Shown here: piece by piece, positions 1 through 9,440 of the stretch | Position numbering within the stretch: position 1 is the stretch's first letter | How the letters are laid out: every line of letters begins with the position of its first letter | From: Candidatus Woesearchaeota archaeon CG10_big_fil_rev_8_21_14_0_10_44_13 | GTDB taxonomy: Archaea > Nanobdellota > Nanobdellia > Woesearchaeales > UBA12501 | DNA length: 64,000 nucleotides | Direction: 5' to 3' | Assembly (NCBI GenBank): GCA_002762985.1 | Contig: PCXZ01000030.1 | Coordinates: 80,399-144,398 of the forward strand | Translations under genes and position numbers: made by a program | The notes under the pieces: generated by a model | What the model saw: only the letters and a program-made list of their open reading frames with translations | What the model was told of the DNA's origin: nothing | Database searches by the model: none

Positions 1-836
1 AAGGCAGGACAAAGGCAGTCATGGGATTCGATGATTTCAGGAGAGTGATAGACGAAGTGAAGGATTACCTGTATGAGGTGGACCTTTACAACTGGGGGGA
101 GCCCCTTCTGAACAAGGACATATTCAGGATGATAGAGTATGCCCATAAGTGCGACATAAAGACGAAGATAAGCACAAACCTCAACTATTTCCCGAAGGAT
201 TACGAGAAGAGGATAGTTAGCTCAGGCCTTGATTCGCTGATGATGTCCATTGACGGCGCAAGCCAGGAAACCTACCAGGTCTACAGGAAAGGGGGCGATT
301 TCAGGAAGGTCATCGGGAACATAAGGAAGATCGTCGCAGAGAAAAAAAGGCAGGGAAGCAGGAAACCCCTGCTGATATGGCAGTTCATAGTCATGAAACA
401 TAACGAGCATGAGCTGCCGAAGGTGAAGAGGATGATCAAGGAGCTTGGCGTAGACATACTCAAAGTCGAGGCTGTAAGGAGCGACATGGGGAAGGAGATC
501 TTCGAGAGCGACCAGCAGAAGATCGAGAAGAGCAGGGAATGGCTGCCTAAGGATGAGAAGCTGAGCAGGTTCAACTACAAGAACAGGCAGAAGAAGGTGA
601 GGAAGAGGAGCTGCATATTCCTGTGGAGCATGCCCGTCGTCAATTCGAACGGCTCTGTAAGCCCCTGCTGCTCTGTTTACCCTGAGAAATTCGATTTCGG
701 GAATGCCTTCAGAGACGGCCTTCTAAAGGTATGGAACAACAGGTTCTACACTTCTTCAAGAAGGATAGTATCAGGGAAAGAGATGAAGATGTTCACAGTG
801 TGCGCTTATTGCACAAAGCACGGGTTCATTGAGTGA
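1..836 (+). CDS. Radical SAM / SPASM-domain protein, C-terminal part (5' end outside the window)
   Basis: 'NWGEPLL' GGEP-like motif and a Cys-rich SPASM-type C-terminus (CCSVYPEK...CAYC). The CxxxCxxC core is missing and the reading frame is open back to base 1, so the gene is truncated at the window edge. Confidence 0.55.
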   Translation, partial: GRTKAVMGFDDFRRVIDEVKDYLYEVDLYNWGEPLLNKDIFRMIEYAHKCDIKTKISTNLNYFPKDYEKRIVSSGLDSLMMSIDGASQETYQVYRKGGDFRKVIGNIRKIVAEKKRQGSRKPLLIWQFIVMKHNEHELPKVKRMIKELGVDILKVEAVRSDMGKEIFESDQQKIEKSREWLPKDEKLSRFNYKNRQKKVRKRSCIFLWSMPVVNSNGSVSPCCSVYPEKFDFGNAFRDGLLKVWNNRFYTSSRRIVSGKEMKMFTVCAYCTKHGFIE

Positions 837-1101
837 TGTTCTTTCTTGATAAAACTAAGCCTTAATTTAAGGCAAAAACCGAAATATTTATATATCAGTT
901 GATACCATATCAATTGATATGAGGCTATCCACAATGCGGGAAGCACAAATCAACACTACAACTTATCGACACTTAGTTTTTCAGTTTTAGAAGGAAAGTT
1001 TTGTAGGTAAACGATTCCCGCATTAAAAAGCCTATCCCGAACTTTAGACAGACATTTGACAACCATTTCAGCAACACAAAATAAACCAACAAATACGCAT
1101 T

Positions 1102-1398
1102 GTGGATAAAATGAGCCCAGAAACACTTGAAATTAGGAAAAGGAACTATAGCGAACAAAGAAGCCCTACACTTAACACGGTATTGATGGTAGAAAATACA
1201 ATAATGAAAGTGGGCGAAGTATTGACAATTGGAAAACTCAAGCGGATGCTTCCGAAACAGGTTATGCACCAAACTTTAATGGGAGTCATTGACTATCTTG
1301 AGTATAGTGGTAAAATCATAGTTTATGAAGACAAGGTGTTATGGGCTTTCAAGCCGCAGAGCAAGTTGAAAAAAATAGAGGGGTTGATTGTCCGATGA
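1102..1398 (+). CDS. Hypothetical small protein, possible antitoxin partner
   Basis: 98-aa ORF in an AT-rich inter-island region. Its stop TGA overlaps the ATG of the downstream RelE/ParE-like ORF (ATGA coupling). Confidence 0.3.
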   Translation: MDKMSPETLEIRKRNYSEQRSPTLNTVLMVENTIMKVGEVLTIGKLKRMLPKQVMHQTLMGVIDYLEYSGKIIVYEDKVLWAFKPQSKLKKIEGLIVR

Positions 1399-1787
1399 AA
1401 GTCTACAAGGGAAAAATTAAGAAAAAGATAACTATTAAGTTGATTGGTGATGCAGAAAAAGCTTTTCGTGAGCTGAACAGGATTGTAGGAGAAGAATATA
1501 TAAAAGGAGTCACGAACTCAAAAGAGATCACTCTTCTGGGAGCCATCAGCAGGATTTTTGATATCATATCAATCAATCCTTTTTATGGGGAAAACGCAAA
1601 AAAAGACCTCATTCCCGCCGAGTATAAGCAAAAATATGATGCGAGCAACCTTTTCATTGTTGACCTGCCCGATTACTGGAGGATGGTGTACACATTAGAA
1701 AGTGATGAGATTGAGATCATAGCTTTTGTCCTTGATATCATTGACCATAAGGGGTATAATAAGAAGTTCAGGTTTAGAAAAAGATGA
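1395..1787 (+). CDS. RelE/ParE-fold toxin-like protein
   Basis: The C-terminal segment 'DYWRMVYTLESDEIEIIAFVLDIIDHKGY' matches the RelE/ParE pattern (Y/W-R-h-V-Y ... v-h-hl-v-hH-K-x-Y). The ATG at 1395 overlaps the upstream stop. Confidence 0.4.
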   Translation: MKVYKGKIKKKITIKLIGDAEKAFRELNRIVGEEYIKGVTNSKEITLLGAISRIFDIISINPFYGENAKKDLIPAEYKQKYDASNLFIVDLPDYWRMVYTLESDEIEIIAFVLDIIDHKGYNKKFRFRKR

Positions 1788-1813
1788 TTTAAGGAGTCTC
1801 TTATTCTTCAAGA

Positions 1814-3544
1814 TCACACATCAAAATAAACCATCTGCACAGTCCCTTTCGTAAGCTCATAATCCTTTGTCGAGAACTGGTTCAGCTTCTGCTTCTCCTG
1901 CAGCACGCTGTTGAGCGCAGTCTCATTGAAGCTTCCGCCTTTCTCAAAGATCATGTACAATATCTGCGGGCCCTGCGCTGTCTGCTGGAACGCGATCTGC
2001 TTCAATGAATAAGTGTCCTTGATGTAATCCCATTTGCTTGGGTCGCTCAGTGTCTGCAGGCCCCATTGGTACAGGAAGATCCACCTCACATTGTACTTGT
2101 CCTCGCCGAATCTAGTCACGGTCTCGTTGAAATGGCCCGGGGACCCTTTCCTGTCTGCCTCCCACAAGACACCATAGCTCTGGTGGCCTGAGAAGAACAT
2201 GCGCTCATCGGGCTGGCTGTGTTCCTTTATGTAATCGCCTGCGACATCGAGGCCATAGAACTGCGTGTCGAACTGCCTGTCTTTTGCCTCGAATATGCCG
2301 CCGCCGTATTTCAATACCGGCGGATAGATCAGCAGCAGGAACAGCCCTGCTATGAACAGCCATCTTGTGTGCCTGACATGTATCGTCTTCTCTATGCTGC
2401 CTGCTATCACGACAAAGCAGAAAGCTATCAATATCACGATCAGGGGAGCCAGAGGATACTGGTGATAGCTGTGGCCCGAGAGCTTTGAAGCCATTATCCA
2501 CAGCCAGGGTATCGCACCTGCTATGTAAGCCAGAAGGAATCTATCCCCTATGCTCTTCTTATAGATCATGAAGAACAGTATCAATCCGATGCCTGCGAAA
2601 AGCATGCCTATCAAAGTATAATTGTCAGCAGTATAAGGCTTCACTATGCTCCAGAATTTTGAGCCGAAGAGCGCTGAAAGATTGTAATAGATATCCCCCT
2701 GGGAGGCATTCTGCGCATCAGGGCTCATAGCATATGTCGAAGTTATCCTTATGTTGTTAAGGTACCATAATGGGACCAGTATCACGGGCAGCGCTGCATA
2801 GATGAAAGGCCTGATGTTCCTCTTCAGGTAGTCTTTCTGCAGGACTTTCCTGTAAGGGAATATCGCTGCCATAGGTATCGCAAATAATGCAAAGGAGTAT
2901 TTTGTCAGGAATGACAGGACCATGAACAATGAAGCCATGACGAGATATTTCATTTTTGACCTGTCTTCGGGGTCCTCGACCCAGATTATGTAAAGGTAGA
3001 TGGAAAGCATCCCGAAGAACAATGCGGGATTGTCAAGCTGCACCTGCCTTCCGAAGAAGACAAGCAGCGGATTAGTGGAAGCGATAAGCGCCGCAGTCAG
3101 CGCAAAATCCTCCCTTTTGAACAGCCTCCTTATCACAAGATAGAGGAAGAATATGCCTGCCATGACAAACAAGACAGAGATGAACCTCGCAACGCCCACT
3201 TTTTCGCCGAAGAAAATGAAGCCTATGGCGCTTGCCCATGATGTGACAGGCAAAGTATCCCCATGGGCGCCGTCAGGATTAGTGAATATGTCTGGAGAAT
3301 CCGCCCTTGGAGTGAGCCAGTCTCCATACCTCTCAAAATTCCTTGCCTCAGTGAGATAATGGGTCTCTTTCCAGTTATGGTATCCTATGACAGGATAATC
3401 AAGGTGATAGACCCTTATATAAAAACCGAAGATTATGATCAGCGCAAGGATTATCCAGTTGAGGTTTTTCTTTATAGGATCGAATGAAATCTCCGCTTCC
3501 TCTTTTCCCTGCTTAGCCATGTGCCTAGAGTCTTGTTTAGCCAT
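1814..3544 (-). CDS. GT-C fold membrane glycosyltransferase (PMT/ArnT/GT39-83-like), paralog 1
   Basis: 576 aa with ~11 predicted TM helices at the N-terminus followed by a soluble C-terminal domain. The architecture is that of dolichyl/undecaprenyl-phosphate-sugar-dependent GT-C enzymes. Confidence 0.5.
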   Translation of the reverse strand: MAKQDSRHMAKQGKEEAEISFDPIKKNLNWIILALIIIFGFYIRVYHLDYPVIGYHNWKETHYLTEARNFERYGDWLTPRADSPDIFTNPDGAHGDTLPVTSWASAIGFIFFGEKVGVARFISVLFVMAGIFFLYLVIRRLFKREDFALTAALIASTNPLLVFFGRQVQLDNPALFFGMLSIYLYIIWVEDPEDRSKMKYLVMASLFMVLSFLTKYSFALFAIPMAAIFPYRKVLQKDYLKRNIRPFIYAALPVILVPLWYLNNIRITSTYAMSPDAQNASQGDIYYNLSALFGSKFWSIVKPYTADNYTLIGMLFAGIGLILFFMIYKKSIGDRFLLAYIAGAIPWLWIMASKLSGHSYHQYPLAPLIVILIAFCFVVIAGSIEKTIHVRHTRWLFIAGLFLLLIYPPVLKYGGGIFEAKDRQFDTQFYGLDVAGDYIKEHSQPDERMFFSGHQSYGVLWEADRKGSPGHFNETVTRFGEDKYNVRWIFLYQWGLQTLSDPSKWDYIKDTYSLKQIAFQQTAQGPQILYMIFEKGGSFNETALNSVLQEKQKLNQFSTKDYELTKGTVQMVYFDV

Positions 3545-3608
3545 ACAACCCCTCTCGATAAAAATTCCATAAACTATATAAATATTGCTAAATTAGGCAT
3601 TATTGACC

Positions 3609-4289
3609 ATGACGACCAAAAAGACCTTTATTGTCATACCTGCATATAATGAGGAAAGGAAGATAGCAGGAGTGATAAAAGGGCTTAGGAGAGAGGGCTA
3701 CAGCAGCATAATCGTAGTTGATGACGGCAGCGAAGACGGCACATTCGATGCTGCCAGGAGAACAAATGCCATAATGTACAGGCATGCCCTGAACAGGGGC
3801 CTCGGCGGCGCTCTGGGCACAGGCATAAAGGCGGCGCTGGAAAGGGATGCAGAGATAATCGTGACATTTGACGCTGACGGCCAGCACAATCCGAAAGAGA
3901 TAAAGGATGTTCTCAGGCCAATAATTAAAGATGAGGCGGATTTCGTAGTCGGATCAAGGCTCATCAACCCGAAAGGCATGCCCTTTGTGAGGAGGGCCGG
4001 CAATTGGGGCTTTAATGTGATAACATGGATATTGTTCGGCGTATGGACCACTGATTCCCAATCCGGGCTGAGGGCTATGTCAAGATATGCAGCAGAGAAG
4101 ATCGAGCTGAAGACGAACAGGATGGAAGTGAGCTCTGAATTCTTCACAGAGATAAAGAGGAATGGCCTCAGGTACAGGGAAGTCCCCATAAGGGCCATAT
4201 ACACAAAATATTCCCTTGAAAAAGGCCAGAGCAGCCTCAATGGATTCAAGATACTTTTCAAGCTTGTCCTCAGGAGGGTAATGGATTAG
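3609..4289 (+). CDS. GT2 polyprenol/dolichol-phosphate glycosyltransferase (DPM1/ArnC-like)
   Basis: 'FIVIPAYNEE', 'VVDDGSEDGT' and a 'TFDADGQH' DxD region. The ORF track starts at TTG 3603, but the ATG at 3609 sits 26-35 nt after a TATA-like box. Confidence 0.8.
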   Translation: MTTKKTFIVIPAYNEERKIAGVIKGLRREGYSSIIVVDDGSEDGTFDAARRTNAIMYRHALNRGLGGALGTGIKAALERDAEIIVTFDADGQHNPKEIKDVLRPIIKDEADFVVGSRLINPKGMPFVRRAGNWGFNVITWILFGVWTTDSQSGLRAMSRYAAEKIELKTNRMEVSSEFFTEIKRNGLRYREVPIRAIYTKYSLEKGQSSLNGFKILFKLVLRRVMD

Positions 4290-4403
4290 GATTGCTGCTG
4301 ATCAAAAGGAAAACTAAATAAATAGAGGGAAGATTTAAGGAATCAGAACAGAAGTAATTAAAAACAATCTAAATTAATCAAAAAACAGCTAAAAGGTGAT
4401 AAG

Positions 4404-4745
4404 ATGCTTTTCAAGATAATAGTCGTTTTGTTCGTGCTGTTCGCATGGAGCAGGGTTTTTCTAAGGTTCAGGGACAGGAAGGTCAGCAGGTGGGAATTCG
4501 CTTTCTGGAGCCTGATGTGGATTGGAGCTCTGGTCGTGCTTTTCATGCCTGCGATAACAAGACCGATTGCAAACCTGCTTCAGATAGGCAGAGGCATAGA
4601 TGTAGTCGTCTACCTGAGCATAATACTTCTGTTCTACCTTGTCTTCAGGATATATGTGAAGCTTGAAGAGGTCGAGCAGGAGATAACAAAGGTCGTCAGT
4701 GAAGTCTCATTGAAGAAAGGAAGAGGCAGCAAAGGCAAGAGATAA
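4404..4745 (+). CDS. Small membrane protein, DUF2304-like (GT2-associated)
   Basis: 113 aa with three hydrophobic helices and a basic tail. It lies between two GT2 genes, as DUF2304 proteins typically do. Confidence 0.35.
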   Translation: MLFKIIVVLFVLFAWSRVFLRFRDRKVSRWEFAFWSLMWIGALVVLFMPAITRPIANLLQIGRGIDVVVYLSIILLFYLVFRIYVKLEEVEQEITKVVSEVSLKKGRGSKGKR

Positions 4746-4772
4746 TCAGAGATATGCAAATAGGTTGAATAA

Positions 4773-5516
4773 ATGGCAAAAAAATCACTCCAGGTCGTGA
4801 TACCTGTCTATAATGAAGATAAGGATATTGAGAATTCTGTAGAGAACCTCAGGCACTTCCTCGGCGAATACATGGACAAATACAGATGGCAGGTCGTCAT
4901 AGCCAATAACGCATCTACTGACCGTACATTGGATATCGCAAAAAAACTCAGGAAGAAATACAAGGATGTCTCTTACATCAATCTTGACCAGAAAGGGAGG
5001 GGAAGGGCATTGAGGAAGGCATGGACAGAGACGAAAGCCGATATTGTCAGCTATATGGATGTAGACCTTTCTACGGACTTGGAGGCTTTCCCTGTACTGA
5101 TAGAGGCCCTTGCCTACAGGGGATATGATGTTGCGACAGGCTCAAGGCTCATGTCCGGCTCAAGGACAAAAAGATGCGTGAAGAGGGAGATCCTCTCAAA
5201 GGGATATAACCTCATAGTGAAGCTTATCCTGGGGACGAAGATAACTGATGTGCAGTGCGGGTTCAAGGCTGCAACCGGAAAGGCTGCAAGGGAGCTTGCC
5301 CCATGGGTCAAGGACAATAACTGGTTTTTCGACACGGAGCTCCTGATAGTCGCTGAGAGAAAAGGATATCGTATCTTTGAGACGCCTGTGACATGGGACG
5401 AAGACCTGCACAGCAAGGTGAGGATCTTCAAGACCGTCTATGACTACCTGAGGGATGTCTCAAGGATAAGGTATGAGATGTGGTTCAACAGGGAAAAATA
5501 CAGGAAAGTGAAGTGA
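4773..5516 (+). CDS. GT2 polyprenol-phosphate glycosyltransferase
   Basis: 'VVIPVYNEDKDI', 'IANNASTDRT' and a 'YMDVDLSTD' DxD motif. Confidence 0.8.
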   Translation: MAKKSLQVVIPVYNEDKDIENSVENLRHFLGEYMDKYRWQVVIANNASTDRTLDIAKKLRKKYKDVSYINLDQKGRGRALRKAWTETKADIVSYMDVDLSTDLEAFPVLIEALAYRGYDVATGSRLMSGSRTKRCVKREILSKGYNLIVKLILGTKITDVQCGFKAATGKAARELAPWVKDNNWFFDTELLIVAERKGYRIFETPVTWDEDLHSKVRIFKTVYDYLRDVSRIRYEMWFNREKYRKVK

Positions 5517-5520
5517 TATC

Positions 5521-6492
5521 GTGAGAAAAAGAGACCTTGCAAAAAGACTTCTTCCGTTGTTAGGCATTGCATTGTTCCTGTTCATAATCTCGAAGCTTGA
5601 TATCAATGGCATAATCGGTGTCGCAAAGAACATAAGATGGTGGCTTCTTGTCCTGGGTGTTGTTACCGCTTATCTTGCGGTCTACCTGAAGGCATGGAAA
5701 TGGAAGAAGATAATAGACTACTCGGGCATGAAATACACGCTCTCGAATTCGTTCATTGCGTGGCTTGTCGGATTTGCCGTCGGCATGATAACTCCCGGCC
5801 GCGTAGGTGATTTCTACAGGTCAGTGTATCTTAAGACATCGAACAAGAAGCCCTTGGGCGTCTGCTTCGCGACAGTATTCCTTGACAGGATAGTGGACAT
5901 AATAATCATGCTCATTTTTGCAGGCCTTGGCGTCATTTATCTCATCTTAGGGTACAATGTGCCTTATGGCAGGGAGCTTGCGATAACAGTTGTCGTGCTC
6001 GCTTTGCTAAGCCTCGTGTTCCTGTTCGTTTTCAGGGAGAATGTAGTAAGGAAGCTCGTAAGGCCTCTGTTCTACAGGTTCATACCTGAGAGATACCACA
6101 AGGACATGAAGAAGAACTACAAGAGCTTCTTCAGCCTTTTCAACAGGGTGATGGAAAAACCTTCGATGATTGCCGTGGTTTTCATTATAGGGCTTCTCGG
6201 CTGGCTCATTGCTTTCTTTGAGATGTATCTGCTCGCCCTTGCATTGAATCTTGATGTGAGCTATGTCTTCATCGGCTCGATAGCGCCCATAATAAACATG
6301 ATAGAATTGATACCGATATCATTCTCGGGCATTGGCACGAGGGATGCTGCGATGATATTCTTCATGGGCCTTGTCTCTGTGAACAAGGAGGCTGCAGTCG
6401 CGTTCTCATTGCTGATATTGGTCGTGATATATGTCATAGCGATACCCGGCATAATATATTGGATGAAGCATCCGACGGAATTGCCGAAGTGA
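5521..6492 (+). CDS. Flippase-like membrane protein (UPF0104 / lysyl-PG synthase TM-domain family)
   Basis: GTG start. Multi-TM protein with the 'PGRVGDFYR' motif typical of the TIGR00374 flippase-like family that accompanies GT2 genes. Confidence 0.55.
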   Translation: MRKRDLAKRLLPLLGIALFLFIISKLDINGIIGVAKNIRWWLLVLGVVTAYLAVYLKAWKWKKIIDYSGMKYTLSNSFIAWLVGFAVGMITPGRVGDFYRSVYLKTSNKKPLGVCFATVFLDRIVDIIIMLIFAGLGVIYLILGYNVPYGRELAITVVVLALLSLVFLFVFRENVVRKLVRPLFYRFIPERYHKDMKKNYKSFFSLFNRVMEKPSMIAVVFIIGLLGWLIAFFEMYLLALALNLDVSYVFIGSIAPIINMIELIPISFSGIGTRDAAMIFFMGLVSVNKEAAVAFSLLILVVIYVIAIPGIIYWMKHPTELPK

Positions 6493-6500
6493 ATAAGAAA

Positions 6501-7691
6501 TCATTTCTTCAGCATAGTTTTGTATATGTCAACAATCTTTTCAGCCATCGCCGGGAAAGAGAACTGCTGGACGAACTTGTATCCGTTCTCGCCCATCTGC
6601 CTCGCTTTTTCTGGATTCTCGAGGACTTTCCTTAATTTCTCTGCAATATCCTTCGCATCCATCCTTTTTGCCACAAGACCTGAACCTGATCTCTCGACCA
6701 TCTTCTTAGGCGCAGGTATGTCTGTGACAACAACGGGCTTCTTGACAGACCATGCCTCAAGCAGCACAACACCGAAAGTCTCTGTCAGGTCATTCGTAGG
6801 CAAAGCAAGGACATCCCCTGCATTATAATAATCATTAAGGCCTTCCTGCATCACAGTAGGCACGAACTTTACCCTGCCCTGCATCTTCAGCCTTTTCACC
6901 TGCTCAACAAGGTCTTTCGTGCTCTTCCCGTCTCCGCTGCCCACGATCATCAGGAAAACGTCAGGCATCATATTGACTGCATCAATAAGGTAGTTTATCC
7001 CTTTCCTGGGGTCTATCCTTCCGACGTAAAGCACGACTTTCTTACCTGCAGGGATATTCTCCTTCTTCTTGAACTTATCTATCTGCTCTTTGCCGAGTGG
7101 CCTGAAAGTCGGCGCCAGGGACATTGGGAAGACTTTCGCCTTGTACATGAATCTCTTGAGATAGTATGAGTTCTCCATGTATTCCCTGCTTACGCCCAGG
7201 ATAAGATCGCTCATCTTCAGCTTGATCCAGTACATCCAGCCATAAACTGTCATGACAGGGACAAAATACCATGGCAATCCTTTCCATTTGAATGCGTCAG
7301 AATGGCAGTGCAGCAGGATCTTTTTCCTCATGAATATCTTAGCAAATCCGCCTAGCATCGTTGTAACAAAGACGTTCGGCTCGTGCAGGTGCACGATATC
7401 CGGCTTTTCCCTCATCAGCTTCAGGAACGGAGGGATGACCAGGGGCGTTGAATACTTGTCATTATTGTATAAGGTATTTGCAAGATAGACTTTTGCTGTC
7501 TTCTTTATCCCTTTGTATTTCCACTCCCTGACCTCGAATCTCCTCTTGTACTTGTGGTAGTCCTGAACATTGGCTGCAAAAATCACGATATCAATGCCTC
7601 TTCTGAGCAGTTCAGGGGTCATCCACTTTATCCAGAGCTCCCTGCCACCTATCTTCGGAGGCAGGTATGGCATAACCATTGCAACTTTCAT
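6501..7691 (-). CDS. GT4 (GT-B fold, glycosyl transferase group 1) glycosyltransferase
   Basis: 'VGRIDPRKGINYLIDAV' and 'EAWSVKKPVVVTDI' C-terminal GT4 signature. Confidence 0.8.
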   Translation of the reverse strand: MKVAMVMPYLPPKIGGRELWIKWMTPELLRRGIDIVIFAANVQDYHKYKRRFEVREWKYKGIKKTAKVYLANTLYNNDKYSTPLVIPPFLKLMREKPDIVHLHEPNVFVTTMLGGFAKIFMRKKILLHCHSDAFKWKGLPWYFVPVMTVYGWMYWIKLKMSDLILGVSREYMENSYYLKRFMYKAKVFPMSLAPTFRPLGKEQIDKFKKKENIPAGKKVVLYVGRIDPRKGINYLIDAVNMMPDVFLMIVGSGDGKSTKDLVEQVKRLKMQGRVKFVPTVMQEGLNDYYNAGDVLALPTNDLTETFGVVLLEAWSVKKPVVVTDIPAPKKMVERSGSGLVAKRMDAKDIAEKLRKVLENPEKARQMGENGYKFVQQFSFPAMAEKIVDIYKTMLKK

Positions 7692-7874
7692 AATTGATGG
7701 TTTGGGTTTTAAGGTTTATAAATCTTTTTGATGACTGATTAAGTCAAAACAGATATTGTAAAAGAAGAGCATTATTGCGCCGCGGGCGGCGTGCTTAACA
7801 GGCCTGATTTCAGTATTACAGGATAGTTAAGTATCAGCGATAACTTTAAATAACCTCTTTGTTTGGCCTGTGCT

Positions 7875-9431
7875 ATGGCGAAAAAGGCAGGGAATAAGGC
7901 TGATCTTGGCAAGTATCTTACTGACAGGAACATATTCATCCTGCTGTTCATAGCTTCCCTCGCATTGAGAATCATCTTCGTAAATGAGGGGATACCTCAT
8001 TTTGACTCCATTGCGGACGCAAACAAGGCGCCTTTGACGATAAGCACAGGAAAATTGCAGTATTCCTACGGTTATGGCTCTCCGGGCATAGTCGTCCTGC
8101 TCACAGCAGCCTATTATGTTGATCATCTTGTCAGGGGAGCTACAAATGCTGAATTCGCCTATTTTTTCATAACGCTTGTCACAGCAGCGCTATCGATATC
8201 TGTCCTTTACCTTGTCGCAAAGAAGATAACAGGGGACAGGCTGATAGGCATTTTCTCTGCTGTCCTTTTCTGCGTAACACCCATATACCTGTCTGTGACG
8301 ACATACCCGAAAACGCACGGCCCGGGGGAATTCTTTTCCCTGCTTGCAGGATATTACCTGCTAAGGGCCGCTGACAAAGGCAATGATGAGCTGAAGAACA
8401 TAATAATATCGGGCCTTTTGTTCAGCTTCGCGATAAGCATAAGGGTGTTCAGCTTCTTTTATATAATCCCCTTCCTGATATTCTATGCCAACCCGATGAT
8501 TGTTTCGGGAAAAAAGATTTCATTCAACAAGGGGATCCTTGACAAGAAAAACATATTCTGGTTCTTGTTCTCTGTTCTCATAATTGTTTTCATACTTTTC
8601 ATACCGAGGCTGCTCGAGGTTGGAGCAGGGGGGTTCATCAATATACTTCTCGGGGAGAGGAAGACCGTCGCATGGCAGGGTGCGATGTCGGACAGGCTGT
8701 CATTCGCGCTTTCACAGCTGCACAGATCAGTCACCTGGCTCGGCTGGGCAGCAGGCGCTTTGGGGATCTATTATTTATACAGGAAGAACAAGGTCGCACT
8801 TGCTGCGCTGGCGGTCTGGTTCTTCATGTTCTTCATCTACTTCGGCAATCTGAGGGGCGTTGAGGCGAGATTCCTGACATCCGCCCTGATAGCCATACTC
8901 ATACTTGCGGCATGCGGATGCAAATTATTGTACAACAGCAACAGGATCCTGGGGTTGGCAGTAGTAATAGGCCTTGTCGTCTGGATGTTCACAACAATCT
9001 ACCCTGTACTAGAATACAGGCACAATTATTCAGGCCAGAAGGAGTTCGCATTGTGGGCTGGATCAATGACAGAGCCGAATTCCATCCTGATAAGCACTGA
9101 TGAGGGCTTTTTTTATGAGTTCTATACAGGAAAGAAGTTCATAGGCCATTATTACTCAGGAAGCGATGATGAGATAGCAAATTTCATCGATATACTCCAT
9201 AATTACCTGCAGAAAGGCGTCCCTGTCTACATGGCCCAGTCAGGCATAGGATATGACCCTGACGGAAGATTCACCAAAGAGCTGCTGAAGAATTTCGACG
9301 TCTATGTGGTGGGGTCGAAAACGAACGAGGCTTACAGCCAGAACACCCTCCAGTTGCAGCTTTATGATGAGAAGCTGTTCAAGCTGGTTGAAAAATCCAA
9401 TCCTAATGGCGCAAACCAGCAGATACAATAA
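7875..9431 (+). CDS. GT-C fold membrane glycosyltransferase, paralog 2
   Basis: Multi-TM N-terminal region plus a soluble C-terminal domain. The ORF track uses a TTG at 7863, but the ATG at 7875 (MAKKAG...) is the more likely start. Confidence 0.45.
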   Translation: MAKKAGNKADLGKYLTDRNIFILLFIASLALRIIFVNEGIPHFDSIADANKAPLTISTGKLQYSYGYGSPGIVVLLTAAYYVDHLVRGATNAEFAYFFITLVTAALSISVLYLVAKKITGDRLIGIFSAVLFCVTPIYLSVTTYPKTHGPGEFFSLLAGYYLLRAADKGNDELKNIIISGLLFSFAISIRVFSFFYIIPFLIFYANPMIVSGKKISFNKGILDKKNIFWFLFSVLIIVFILFIPRLLEVGAGGFINILLGERKTVAWQGAMSDRLSFALSQLHRSVTWLGWAAGALGIYYLYRKNKVALAALAVWFFMFFIYFGNLRGVEARFLTSALIAILILAACGCKLLYNSNRILGLAVVIGLVVWMFTTIYPVLEYRHNYSGQKEFALWAGSMTEPNSILISTDEGFFYEFYTGKKFIGHYYSGSDDEIANFIDILHNYLQKGVPVYMAQSGIGYDPDGRFTKELLKNFDVYVVGSKTNEAYSQNTLQLQLYDEKLFKLVEKSNPNGANQQIQ

Positions 9432-9440
9432 TAAAAACTG

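Noticed and set aside
3698-4261. 187-aa antisense ORF inside the GT2 gene, and similar shadow ORFs (e.g. 2205-2501, 5114-5431, 52037-52591, 53747-54211, 54969-55595, 59316-60158)
   Set aside because: They lie fully inside strongly supported genes on the opposite strand or in another frame. They have low-complexity or Ser/Leu-rich composition typical of non-coding frames.
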